From Candidatus Methylomirabilia bacterium (lineage in GTDB: Bacteria > Methylomirabilota > Methylomirabilia > Rokubacteriales > CSP1-6): a stretch of 53,404 nucleotides of DNA. The position numbers and the translations under genes were made by a program. How positions within the stretch are numbered: the first letter of the stretch is position 1; every line of letters starts with the position of its first letter. The notes under the pieces are model-generated. The model saw only the letters and a list, made by a program, of their open reading frames with translations, was not told the DNA's origin and did no database searches. The stretch is from assembly GCA_046758965.1 (NCBI GenBank), contig JBHIBG010000011.1:1-53404 (forward strand). The letters run 5' to 3'. Shown piece by piece: positions 18,761-27,541 of the stretch.

Positions 18761-18796
18761 TGGGGAAATTCCCCCACTTGCGGGGAAAATTCCCCA
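18761..18796. promoter_or_regulatory. Tandem palindromic enhancer (bEBP sites)
   Basis: TGGGGAAATTCCCCCA-cttg-CGGGGAAAATTCCCCA, about 90 bp upstream of the -24 element. Confidence 0.8.
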
Positions 18797-18847
18797 CCCA
18801 GGGGCCGTGCCCAGGACCGGCTTTGCGGTTGGGGGAGAGCCCGCTGA

Positions 18848-21283
18848 TCAGCGCGGAGGGAGCCGGGTCAGCTCGTCCTGGGCTTTCCTGGCCCAGTAGC
18901 CCCTCGGGTCCAACCGGAGATACTCCTCAAAATGCTCCCGGGCCGTGGCGTGGTCCCCTCGCTTGCGATAGATAAGGGCCAGCCCGTAGTGGGCGTTGGC
19001 AAAGTTGGGGTCCACCTCCAGGGCCCGCTTCTGCTCGGCGACCGCGTGGTCGAGCCGGCCGAGGTCGAAGAGGACATAGCCCAGGTTACTTCGGGGATTC
19101 GGGTTGCGCGGGTTCACCTTGATCGACGCCATGAACTCCTCGGCCGCCTCGTGTAACTTCCCTTCGAGGTAAAGCCGGACGCCTCTTCTGAAGTGCTCCT
19201 CCGCTCGGGCATGGGTGAGCGCCCGGGCATGGGCGGCCTCGAGCTCCTCCACCCTCTCGCTCCGGCCGAGCCGGCGATAGGCGGCGATGAGGGGCGGATA
19301 GGCCGGAGCGAGATTCGGGTCTTTGTCGAGCGCGCCTTCGAGATGGCGGATCGCCTCTCGGTCGTTGGCCATCCTGGCGAAGGTAATGCCGAGGTTATAG
19401 AGGAGGAGGGGGTCATCACGGAGCCTGGCTGCCTGTCTGTACTGCTCGACCGCGCGCTCCAGGTCCCCCAGCCGCCCGTAGGCGATCGCCAGCCACTGAT
19501 GCGCGTTGGCGAGGTTCACGTCGTAGGGAAAGTGCAGAACCCGCGTCAGCACCTCCACCGCCTGCCGAGAGGCGCCGACCTCGTTATACACGAACCCCAA
19601 GAGCGCCAGGCCCCTCGCGGACCCGGTCTCCTCCACATTGCGACGGAGCTCCGCTTCGATGGCCGGAAAGAGATCCCTGTCGCTGAGCTTGCGCCGGAGG
19701 TAGAGGGCGCCGTTGGCCGGCTTCACGTGACGGTACTCATCACGGTCGATGATCTCCGCGACCTCGTCGGTCCGCCTCAAATAGACCATCGCCAGATCAT
19801 CCCAGTAGACGAGCGCCCAGCCTTCCGAGGTCAGGGAGAAGTCCACGTCGGGCATTTCCTCTCTCAGGTCGGCCTGAAGAACTGGATAGTTCACGATCGC
19901 CGCGTCGAAGTGGTACCTCTCCCGAAGACGGGCCAGGTGGGCCGCGGAGGCCCGCGCGATCTTGATGTCGTCGAGGAGCCCCCGCGGGAGATACCCCCGC
20001 CCATCCACGATCGGAATTCTCTGCGGGTGATCTCGCCAGACGATGTAGCCGCCCCACTGGAAGGTGTTGAAGACTCTCCCGTTCAGACCGATGCGGTCCA
20101 GGTAGCGCAGCGCTGCCTCCGGGAGGAGGTCGTAGCTGACGCCGAATCCCACCGGCCTCTTGGACGGCCCGGCGAACGGCCCCGCCCCCGCGACGGCGAG
20201 TACGGTCAGGACGGCGAGGAGGGAGGCGACCGTGATTCCCGCCGGGCCGGTCAACCGGCGAACCCACCGCTCACGCAGGTGTCCCGCCAGCACCCTCAGC
20301 TGTCGCGCGAGCAGCGGTGCGCTGACAATTCCCAGGAGGAAAACGAACCGCCAGGCGGAGAGCCCCAGATACACGAACGGCGCCAAGAGAAGCACAGAGA
20401 TAAGAGAAAGCCGCCTCATGGTGAGAAGAAAAAGGAGCGCCACAAGCGCGACGAGTACGAAGGGCGCGCTGTCCTGGCCGAGGCGTGGCGGCTGAAGCTC
20501 GATGATCTCGTGTCTGAACCAGGCCGACGCCGCAAGACGAAACGGGGCGACGAAGGGGTCAATCCCGTAGGGGTTCAGGAGCGAGGCGAGAAGAACCGCC
20601 CCGAAGACGATTCCGACGGTCCGGAGCTGGCCCGGGGAGGGCGTGCCGGGGAGGTCCAGCCTCCGCCATCGGCCGAGCAGCCGCTGAAGCTGGCCGCCGA
20701 CGAGAACGGCCACGAACGGAACGGTGCCCACCACGACACTCGGGTGCATGTTCACCCAAAGCACCTGGAGCGCCGGGAGAAGGTACAGATACCGCTTGCC
20801 CTCGCTCACATAGGCGTTCAGGGCATAGATGGTGAAGCTCAGAAAGACCATGAGCGCGATGTCGGGGCGCTCCACGAACCGGTGCTTGACCAGCAGGAGG
20901 ATCGCGAACAGGAGTGCGGTGGCGATGACCACGCCCAGGGCGCGATGGGAGGGCGGGTCCCTCGGCGTCAGGGCATCGTTGAAGAGAATCAAGAAGGCGA
21001 GGGTGACGACCGCGGCCTTCAGGAGGATGACCCCGGTCGCGCTCCCCACCACGTACGCAAGATAGAAGACGAGGCCGAAGAGCCATTCGGAGTTGTAGTA
21101 GGGCATCTCGAGGCTGGGGAAGTTGAACTGCTCGGTGGCGGGGAATCCCCGGTGCTGAACGATGTCGCGACCCAGCGCCAGGTGAGTCCAGGCGTCGGTG
21201 TCTTCGATCTTGGTGATGGCCAGCGCAAAGACCGAGGCCAGGAGAAGACCGCCGAGGAGCAGGCTGGCGACGCGAGGGGTCAT
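18848..21283 (-). CDS. Polytopic membrane protein, putative GT-C-fold glycosyltransferase with C-terminal TPR repeats
   Basis: EDTDAWTHLALGR acidic first loop, many TM helices, EWLF, ERP, LWVNMH, NPYG, WGGY..DGR motifs, then TPR repeats. Confidence 0.75.
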   Translation of the reverse strand: MTPRVASLLLGGLLLASVFALAITKIEDTDAWTHLALGRDIVQHRGFPATEQFNFPSLEMPYYNSEWLFGLVFYLAYVVGSATGVILLKAAVVTLAFLILFNDALTPRDPPSHRALGVVIATALLFAILLLVKHRFVERPDIALMVFLSFTIYALNAYVSEGKRYLYLLPALQVLWVNMHPSVVVGTVPFVAVLVGGQLQRLLGRWRRLDLPGTPSPGQLRTVGIVFGAVLLASLLNPYGIDPFVAPFRLAASAWFRHEIIELQPPRLGQDSAPFVLVALVALLFLLTMRRLSLISVLLLAPFVYLGLSAWRFVFLLGIVSAPLLARQLRVLAGHLRERWVRRLTGPAGITVASLLAVLTVLAVAGAGPFAGPSKRPVGFGVSYDLLPEAALRYLDRIGLNGRVFNTFQWGGYIVWRDHPQRIPIVDGRGYLPRGLLDDIKIARASAAHLARLRERYHFDAAIVNYPVLQADLREEMPDVDFSLTSEGWALVYWDDLAMVYLRRTDEVAEIIDRDEYRHVKPANGALYLRRKLSDRDLFPAIEAELRRNVEETGSARGLALLGFVYNEVGASRQAVEVLTRVLHFPYDVNLANAHQWLAIAYGRLGDLERAVEQYRQAARLRDDPLLLYNLGITFARMANDREAIRHLEGALDKDPNLAPAYPPLIAAYRRLGRSERVEELEAAHARALTHARAEEHFRRGVRLYLEGKLHEAAEEFMASIKVNPRNPNPRSNLGYVLFDLGRLDHAVAEQKRALEVDPNFANAHYGLALIYRKRGDHATAREHFEEYLRLDPRGYWARKAQDELTRLPPR

Positions 21284-21287
21284 GCCG

Positions 21288-21650
21288 TTACCGTGCCTGA
21301 GGGCCCTCGATGCGGCCTGCCAGCAGGGCCAGCTCCTGGGCGAGGTTCTTCACCTGGGTGGTGACCTTCGAGATCACCACCGAGTAGTGAATGGCGATGG
21401 CCAGGAGGAACAGCGAGGAGAACAGAAGGAGCGTGGTGACCGGAGACACCGCCCCGATGACCCACGTGATGAAGAGGAGAAGCCGGTACCAGACGACCAG
21501 CACGATCATCGCCGCCCCCGTCAGGAGCCAGAGCCACGAGTACTCCTCCCTGAGCCGCCTCCGCCTCACGAGCTCGAGGATAAGCAGGAATACCACGACC
21601 GACGCGAGCACGGCGAAGACCCTCTGGTGGGGGGTAATCATCACGTCCAT
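21288..21650 (-). CDS. DUF2304-like membrane protein (usual partner of DPM1-like GT2 enzymes)
   Basis: LVRRRRLREEYSWLWL...VKNLAQELAL; three TM helices. Confidence 0.85.
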   Translation of the reverse strand: MDVMITPHQRVFAVLASVVVFLLILELVRRRRLREEYSWLWLLTGAAMIVLVVWYRLLLFITWVIGAVSPVTTLLLFSSLFLLAIAIHYSVVISKVTTQVKNLAQELALLAGRIEGPQAR

Positions 21651-21651
21651 C

Positions 21652-22368
21652 TCACCGCTCCTTTCGCTCGAACGTCTCGCGCCTCAACGGCGTCAAGGAA
21701 ACCGACAAAGCCATCTTGAAGAGATAATAGATGGGCCGCAGGCCGGAGTGCATCGAGGAGCGCCCGTTCTTCGGGTACATTCTGACGGGGATCTCCTTGA
21801 TCCTGAATCCGGCCCGCTTGAGCATGATCAGCACGTCCGCGTCCGGATAGTCCGCCGGGTAGCGTTCGGAGACGAAGAACCCGAGAACCTTGCGGCTCAT
21901 CGCCTGAAACCCCGAGGTCACGTCGGAGAACCTGACTCCTGTCAGGGCGAATGCCAGCAGGCTGAAGAGACCGATGCCGATCCTCCGGGCGATCCCAGCG
22001 CGGTACAGGCTCCCACCCAGAAATCGGGAGCCAAGCGCGACATCCGCCTCTCCGCGTTTGATGACCTCGAGGAGCGCGGGGATATCGGCGGGCTCGTGCT
22101 GGCCGTCCCCGTCGAGCTGGACGACGCAGTCGTAGCCTTCACGGAGGGCGTACTTGTAACCGGTCTGGAGGGTCACGCCGTAGCCCATGTTGAACGGCAG
22201 CCTCAGTACATGCGCCCCCGCGCTTCGCGCCACCGTGGCCGTTGCGTCGCTTGAGCCGTCATCCACGACGAGGACCGGGAGGCCGGGGTCGACCGCCCGG
22301 ACCCCTTCGAGGACCTTTCCGATGGCGGCAGCCTCGTTGAAGGCGGGAATGACGACCAGCGCTCTCAT
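21652..22368 (-). CDS. Glycosyltransferase family 2, DPM1-like polyprenyl-phosphate sugar synthase
   Basis: VIPAFNEA, VVDDGSSD, N.GYG, QLDGDGQH, GSRF, DVTSGF. Confidence 0.92.
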   Translation of the reverse strand: MRALVVIPAFNEAAAIGKVLEGVRAVDPGLPVLVVDDGSSDATATVARSAGAHVLRLPFNMGYGVTLQTGYKYALREGYDCVVQLDGDGQHEPADIPALLEVIKRGEADVALGSRFLGGSLYRAGIARRIGIGLFSLLAFALTGVRFSDVTSGFQAMSRKVLGFFVSERYPADYPDADVLIMLKRAGFRIKEIPVRMYPKNGRSSMHSGLRPIYYLFKMALSVSLTPLRRETFERKER

Positions 22369-22384
22369 GGGCCGACCGATCCGC

Positions 22385-23380
22385 TCAGGTCCCGGGTTTG
22401 CGGCCGCAAAAGACCATCGTTCCCGCCCGCCGGCCCGCCACGGGCAGCCGCTCGGCCAGGGCGAGGAGCAGTGAAGGCAGGATGAGCAGCGCCCCGGCGG
22501 ACCGGCGCAGAATCAGCCCGAGGGAGCTCGACCGCCCGTACGATCGGGGAGTCGCCGCGCCCGGCAGGATCGAAAGCGCGATCACCCCGGCGTTGTCGAT
22601 CAGGGGCCCGGGAGCCGATCTCACGTCCCTGAACCCGGCTGTCCTCAGAAGCCGCCGCACTCCCGCGCTCGATGGAATCATCAGGTGGCGCGGGGCTTCG
22701 GTGACTTGGCCCCACCATCGTCCGAGCAGTTTCGCCTGCCAACTGTCGATAACCGGAACGGCAAGGACGATCCAGCCCTTAGGTTTCAACATCCTGAACG
22801 TCTCTCTCACGGTCCCGAGGGGGTGGGGGACGTGTTCCAGGACCGAGAAGAGGAGCACGGCGTCATAGGAGCCGTCGGGTGCTGGGAGATCCCGGAGCTC
22901 CCCAAGGTGGACGGGGAGCCCCAGGCGTCCCCGGGCGTAGTCGACGTCTGGCTCGGAAGTGTCCACGCCTTCCACTTCGTAGCCGGCCGCCGCCAGATGC
23001 CTGAGGAAGAGCCCGCTCCCGCATCCCACCTCGAGGAGCCGGCCCGAGACGAGCCCCGTCAGGCGGCGGAATGTCCTGGCTCGCTGCCGGTAGATCGGCA
23101 GGTAGAAGGCGCGCCACTCTAACGCTCGCTGAAGGCGGAGCAAGGGGGCGTCCTCCGGCTGGGGGACCTTGAACGTATACTGTCGGGGGTAGAGCGCCGG
23201 GATGACGGCAGTGGCGGGCACGGGGTCCAGCGTGGCGGATCCGCACTCGTCGCATCTGAGGAACGCGTACGTCCCGCTGGCGACGCCGTACCGGTCTCGA
23301 ACCTCGCGGTAAAGCGGCCCTAGGCGCGCCGACCCGCAAACCAGGCACGAGCGGTTTACTGCCAAGTTCATCGACCCCAT
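22385..23380 (-). CDS. Class I SAM-dependent methyltransferase with an N-terminal Zn-ribbon
   Basis: CLVC...CDEC; LLEVGCGSG; VLEHVP; APRHL. Confidence 0.9.
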   Translation of the reverse strand: MGSMNLAVNRSCLVCGSARLGPLYREVRDRYGVASGTYAFLRCDECGSATLDPVPATAVIPALYPRQYTFKVPQPEDAPLLRLQRALEWRAFYLPIYRQRARTFRRLTGLVSGRLLEVGCGSGLFLRHLAAAGYEVEGVDTSEPDVDYARGRLGLPVHLGELRDLPAPDGSYDAVLLFSVLEHVPHPLGTVRETFRMLKPKGWIVLAVPVIDSWQAKLLGRWWGQVTEAPRHLMIPSSAGVRRLLRTAGFRDVRSAPGPLIDNAGVIALSILPGAATPRSYGRSSSLGLILRRSAGALLILPSLLLALAERLPVAGRRAGTMVFCGRKPGT

Positions 23381-23395
23381 GGGGAATTCCCCCCA
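23380..23395. promoter_or_regulatory. Single copy of the TGGGG-N6-CCCCA palindrome over the methyltransferase RBS
   Basis: TGGGGAATTCCCCCCA. Confidence 0.5.
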
Positions 23396-23422
23396 AACCC
23401 GTCCGTAGAGGGAGGCCTTACA

Positions 23423-23438
23423 TGCATCAAAGGTGCCA
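23423..23438 (-). promoter_or_regulatory. Internal sigma54 promoter
   Basis: TGGCACCTTTGATGCA on the - strand in an 84-bp intergenic gap. Confidence 0.65.
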
Positions 23439-23464
23439 CCCTTCGATGGAGACCTCCCGACAGC

Positions 23465-24523
23465 TCACCAGACGATGAGGGGGCGCACGAAACGCCAGTA
23501 GAGATCGAGCAGCGGGTTCACCACACGTCGGACAGGCAGGCTGTCGATAGGCCCGAACTCGATCCTGCCAGTCAGATTCCCGACAATCGCTCGATCCGGA
23601 ATGCGGCGAACCGATTGGACCCACCGCCGCTTCCGGGAGAGGTACGCGCAGCTCCCCGGCCTGAGGAGGAAGCCGTACACGGCAAGTCGCTTGAGGAACC
23701 ACCCCTCCCGCAGTGCGTACCCCAGCGCGAACAGTTCGAACAGGAGCAGCGCCGGCCCGAGGAGCGCGAGTGTCCGGAGGCGATAGTGAGTGAGAAGATT
23801 GATGAGGCGGTTGCGTTCGATGTAATAGAACTTATCAACGCTGCGCTTGAAACCGTAATCGTGACTCATGACGGCCCGCGGTGCCAGCAGCACATCGTAG
23901 CCCGCCAGGCGCATCCGCCACGAGAGATCAGTGTCCTCGTGGTACATGAAAAACGCCGGGTCGAAGACCCCGACGGTCTGAAGGGCGCGCACCCGATAGA
24001 GGAGGCCGGCTCCGCTCGCGTATGGTATCCGACGGATTTCAAGCGGGCGATCAGGAAGGCCATCCCCTCCGGGATACCCAATCCCAAGGAAGTGGAGCTC
24101 ATTGCCCCAGCTGTTGATCACCGGCTGGCCGTGCGCGTCCCGACGAAGGATCTTGGGTTGAATCGCTCCCACCGCGGGATACCGCTCACCGACGTCCACG
24201 AGCTCCCGGAGCCAGTCCTGATCGAGCTCGGTGTCCTGGGTGATAACGGCCACGTAGTCGACTCCGCTCGCGATCGCTTCCGACATTCCCAGGGCGTTGC
24301 CGCCGGCATAGCCGGTATTCTCCCCGGGAACGATCACCCGGACGTGAGGGGCGCGCTCGGCGAACCATCGAGCCGAGTCTCGCTCCGGGCCGTTTTCGAT
24401 GACGAGGAGCGAGTAGCGCTCCCTCGGGTAGCGAAGCCGGCAGATGCTCGGGTAGAGCCGGTCGAGGCACTTGGCGCCGGAATAGGTGACGAGGAGGATG
24501 GCGACCGCAGGGGCCGTTTCCAC
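23465..24523 (-). CDS. Glycosyltransferase family 2 (WbbL/RfbF rhamnosyltransferase-like)
   Basis: NTGYAGGN, TQDT, YASGA, FD..FFMYHEDTDLSWR, YYIERNR. Confidence 0.92.
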   Translation of the reverse strand: METAPAVAILLVTYSGAKCLDRLYPSICRLRYPRERYSLLVIENGPERDSARWFAERAPHVRVIVPGENTGYAGGNALGMSEAIASGVDYVAVITQDTELDQDWLRELVDVGERYPAVGAIQPKILRRDAHGQPVINSWGNELHFLGIGYPGGDGLPDRPLEIRRIPYASGAGLLYRVRALQTVGVFDPAFFMYHEDTDLSWRMRLAGYDVLLAPRAVMSHDYGFKRSVDKFYYIERNRLINLLTHYRLRTLALLGPALLLFELFALGYALREGWFLKRLAVYGFLLRPGSCAYLSRKRRWVQSVRRIPDRAIVGNLTGRIEFGPIDSLPVRRVVNPLLDLYWRFVRPLIVW

Positions 24524-24534
24524 TGCGCGGCGGT

Positions 24535-26517
24535 CTACGGCAGGTCCCCGAAGGGCGGCCGGTAGCCGAAGCCGTTCATCTTCGGCCCGCCGGGCGTTCC
24601 GTCATTTCTGTGGCACTGGAGCCAGCAGCGGCGCTCCTTGGTGACCGTGTTGAACTCCCACTCTGGCTTAAGGCGCCCGCCGATCGGCAGAATATTCGGG
24701 TGGAAGTTGACCAGGCGCGTGGGCGTCCCGGAGGGGGGGGTGGTGAAGAGGATCCCGTTGATCCTGTACTGGCTGTTAGGAGCCTCCACGTTGGAGTGGA
24801 TGTTGTAGTGACAGCTCTTGCAGATGGGCCGTGCCTTGTCCGTCACCTTGACCAGGTGGAACCAGTGGAGGTTGTCTTTCCCCTTGCCTTCGGGCGGGTC
24901 GCCTTCGTCATCGAAGTTGGTCCGCGCCCCCTCCTCGAAGCGCCTGGCGGTCAGCCGCGTCACATCGTGGCACTGGAAGCAGAGGTCGAAGTTCGTGGAC
25001 GACCAATTGCTCGGTCCCGGCAGAACGTTCCACACCCGGGCCCGCAGGAGGTTGAACCAGCTCGAGCCGTGGGGCCCCTTGGGCTCGGCCAAAGTCGAGG
25101 TGTACTGCGAGACCACCCCGTTGAACGACGGGCCGGAATAGAAGTTGTTGTTGTGGCAGTCGCTGCACTTGATCACGGAGGAGGTGGAAAGCCCATTCGG
25201 CGCGAGCTGGTCGTTGAGGTTCTGGGAGCTGTTCCGCCCCGGCCCCGCTACCGGATGAAAGGCGCTGTTCGTGGTCTGGAACTCGGTCCGCTTGTTGCTG
25301 GTCGGGATGGTGCCGGTCGGATCCCCGGAGACGACGGTCCCGATGACGGTGATGTAGCTGTCCCCGTGGCAGCGCAGGCAGATCTCGTGCTCGGCAATGT
25401 CCCGGTTCTGTGTGACATCCTGCACGGTTGTGCCGGCCAGGTCTATCCCCCGCATCCCCTCGAACTTGTTCGCCGCCGTGACGCGATGAGGGTTGTGGCA
25501 GTCGGTACACTCGACGTGCTTCGTGTTGTTGAGCACAGGCTCCGGCGTGGGGGTCGCCACGGTGAAGATCGGCTCGTGGCCCTGGAAGTCGGCGATGGGA
25601 TGGCGGCGGGGCTTGGCGAACTGGGTCTTGAGGTCGAAGGTGATGCCGCCCTCGCCCACCGTGGTGTGGCACTGGTAGCAGGCCAGCTCGATAGCCGGCG
25701 CGCCGGCATCGGTGGCCCCTTCTTTCAGAAGGCGCGGGGCCCCCTGCTTGGTGTGCGGATGGTGGCAGGCCCCGCAGGAGAGATCGGCCACCGTGTTCCC
25801 GGAGCCGGCCGGAAAGAACTTGGTGGTGGCGGACTCGTGGCTTGAGTTGACCCAGCCGGGCTTGTCGTGACAGGTCAGGCAGAGGTTGTCGGCCCTCCCG
25901 GTGAGCGACTTCTTGAGGAACTTCGGGTTGACCACTACGTGAGGGTCGTGGCAGGTCGTGCACTGAACCGAGTCGCGGATCCCGGCGTTGGCGCCCTCGT
26001 ACAGGCGGATCGGACCGGTGAGGGAGATCGGGGAGACCAGCTCCCCGTCGGCTGCAGCCGCCGCGGAGTCGAAGACGAAGGAGACGGGGTGGTCGTTAGC
26101 CAGGCTGGTGCCGATGAGAGTCGGTCCCGGGGGGAGGACTCCGCCGGGCCCGGTTCCCGCCACGTTGATCGTGGCGGACTGGCCACCGATGTTATGGACC
26201 TTGCCGATGGCGATCGTGCCGTCGTGGCAGGAGAGGCAGAGGCGGGAGTAGCCGTTGGGCTGCCCCACCGTGGCCTGGAGACTCCCGCTGGCATAGGGTG
26301 TGTATGTCGCGCCCGACAGCTCCCGGTTCCAGAGGGGCGCGGCGGGATTGGCGTTGTGAGGGGTGTGGCAGAAGACGCAGACCCGGGTCTCCTCCACCGC
26401 CTTGATCGTCCCGGGACCGGCGACCGAGAGATTGTGCTTGGAGTCGAGCATCCCCTGGGCATGGGCGGTTCCAGCCAGGAGCGTCCAGATCGCCACCCCG
26501 ACGAGGATGGGGTTCAT
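24535..26517 (-). CDS. Exported 12-heme cytochrome c (11 CXXCH + CX3CH) with an OmcE-like N-terminal tetraheme domain
   Basis: SKHNLS..CVFCHTPH..PLWNR..CLSCHDG..NDHP..CTTCHDPH..FL..LCLTCH, then 8 further motifs. Confidence 0.92.
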   Translation of the reverse strand: MNPILVGVAIWTLLAGTAHAQGMLDSKHNLSVAGPGTIKAVEETRVCVFCHTPHNANPAAPLWNRELSGATYTPYASGSLQATVGQPNGYSRLCLSCHDGTIAIGKVHNIGGQSATINVAGTGPGGVLPPGPTLIGTSLANDHPVSFVFDSAAAAADGELVSPISLTGPIRLYEGANAGIRDSVQCTTCHDPHVVVNPKFLKKSLTGRADNLCLTCHDKPGWVNSSHESATTKFFPAGSGNTVADLSCGACHHPHTKQGAPRLLKEGATDAGAPAIELACYQCHTTVGEGGITFDLKTQFAKPRRHPIADFQGHEPIFTVATPTPEPVLNNTKHVECTDCHNPHRVTAANKFEGMRGIDLAGTTVQDVTQNRDIAEHEICLRCHGDSYITVIGTVVSGDPTGTIPTSNKRTEFQTTNSAFHPVAGPGRNSSQNLNDQLAPNGLSTSSVIKCSDCHNNNFYSGPSFNGVVSQYTSTLAEPKGPHGSSWFNLLRARVWNVLPGPSNWSSTNFDLCFQCHDVTRLTARRFEEGARTNFDDEGDPPEGKGKDNLHWFHLVKVTDKARPICKSCHYNIHSNVEAPNSQYRINGILFTTPPSGTPTRLVNFHPNILPIGGRLKPEWEFNTVTKERRCWLQCHRNDGTPGGPKMNGFGYRPPFGDLP

Positions 26518-27530
26518 GGGCGGGGCCCCTTCAGATACTGAAAGATCTGGACGCGGTTGTTGTAGCTGTCCGCCACATAGATCCGGTCTTCGCGGTCAAT
26601 GTGAAGGCTGGTTGGCAGCCAGAACCGTCCGGGCCCTGTCCCCGTCCCGCCGACGGCGAGAAGGAACCGTCCCCGGGGATCGAAGATCTGGAAGTGGTCG
26701 TAGAGCCCCTCGACCACGTAGATGTGGCCATCGGAGTCGACCCCGATCCCTTTCGGTCGCGAGAGGTCTCCGGTCCCATCGCCGAGCCGGCCGAACTTGC
26801 CGGCGGGCGTGCCGTCGGGAGCGAAGATCTTGACCTGGAAGTTCATGGTGTCGGTGACGTACAGGAGGCCTGCCCTGTCCACAGCGACGTTGGTGGGGAA
26901 GTTGAGCTCCCCGTCGCCGGTGCCGCGCCGGCCGATGGTTCCGAGCCGTCTTCCGCTGGGATCGAAGATCGCCACCTCGTGGCTCAGTGTGTCCACCACG
27001 TAGATGCGGTCACCCGCGGGGGAGAGTGCCAGACCGGTTGGGCGCTGGAGGTCGCTGCCGAACTCCCTCAGAAGCTCGCCCTTCTTTCCAAGGGCCGCTA
27101 CCGTTCTCAGCTCCGAGTCGGTCAGATACAGGATGCCATCGGGCCCGACCGCCAGCCCGATCGGCATCTCAAGCCGCCGCGCCCCGATCCGCGTCACCGC
27201 CCGGTAGCTCCGGGCCCTGCGATCGAAAATATGAACGGCCCGCGCGGCGGAGTCAGCCACGTAGAGCCGGCCGTCCCCATCGACCCACAGGCCGTAGGGC
27301 CGGAGGATTCGAGCTTCGGTCCTGCCAACGACGGCCTCCCAGACCCGCCGCAGCCACGACTTTCTGCCCTCGATGTCCTCCGGGCTGGCGATGCTCCCGA
27401 CATATCGGATCCGCGCGGGCTCCGGGGGCGGAGGCCAGACGAGCCGGGGCGGCGGGCTCGGTGGCGGTCCCGGGGCTGCGCATCCGGCGAGAAGCAGGAG
27501 GCCGAGAGCCGAGACGATTTTCCTGGTCAC
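26514..27530 (-). CDS. NHL-repeat beta-propeller lipoprotein
   Basis: Lipobox LLAGC; WPPPPEPARI; repeated G.F..P.G.AVD..G.IYV.D..N.RVQIF. Confidence 0.92.
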   Translation of the reverse strand: MTRKIVSALGLLLLAGCAAPGPPPSPPPRLVWPPPPEPARIRYVGSIASPEDIEGRKSWLRRVWEAVVGRTEARILRPYGLWVDGDGRLYVADSAARAVHIFDRRARSYRAVTRIGARRLEMPIGLAVGPDGILYLTDSELRTVAALGKKGELLREFGSDLQRPTGLALSPAGDRIYVVDTLSHEVAIFDPSGRRLGTIGRRGTGDGELNFPTNVAVDRAGLLYVTDTMNFQVKIFAPDGTPAGKFGRLGDGTGDLSRPKGIGVDSDGHIYVVEGLYDHFQIFDPRGRFLLAVGGTGTGPGRFWLPTSLHIDREDRIYVADSYNNRVQIFQYLKGPRP

Positions 27531-27541
27531 CGAGGCCCCAA

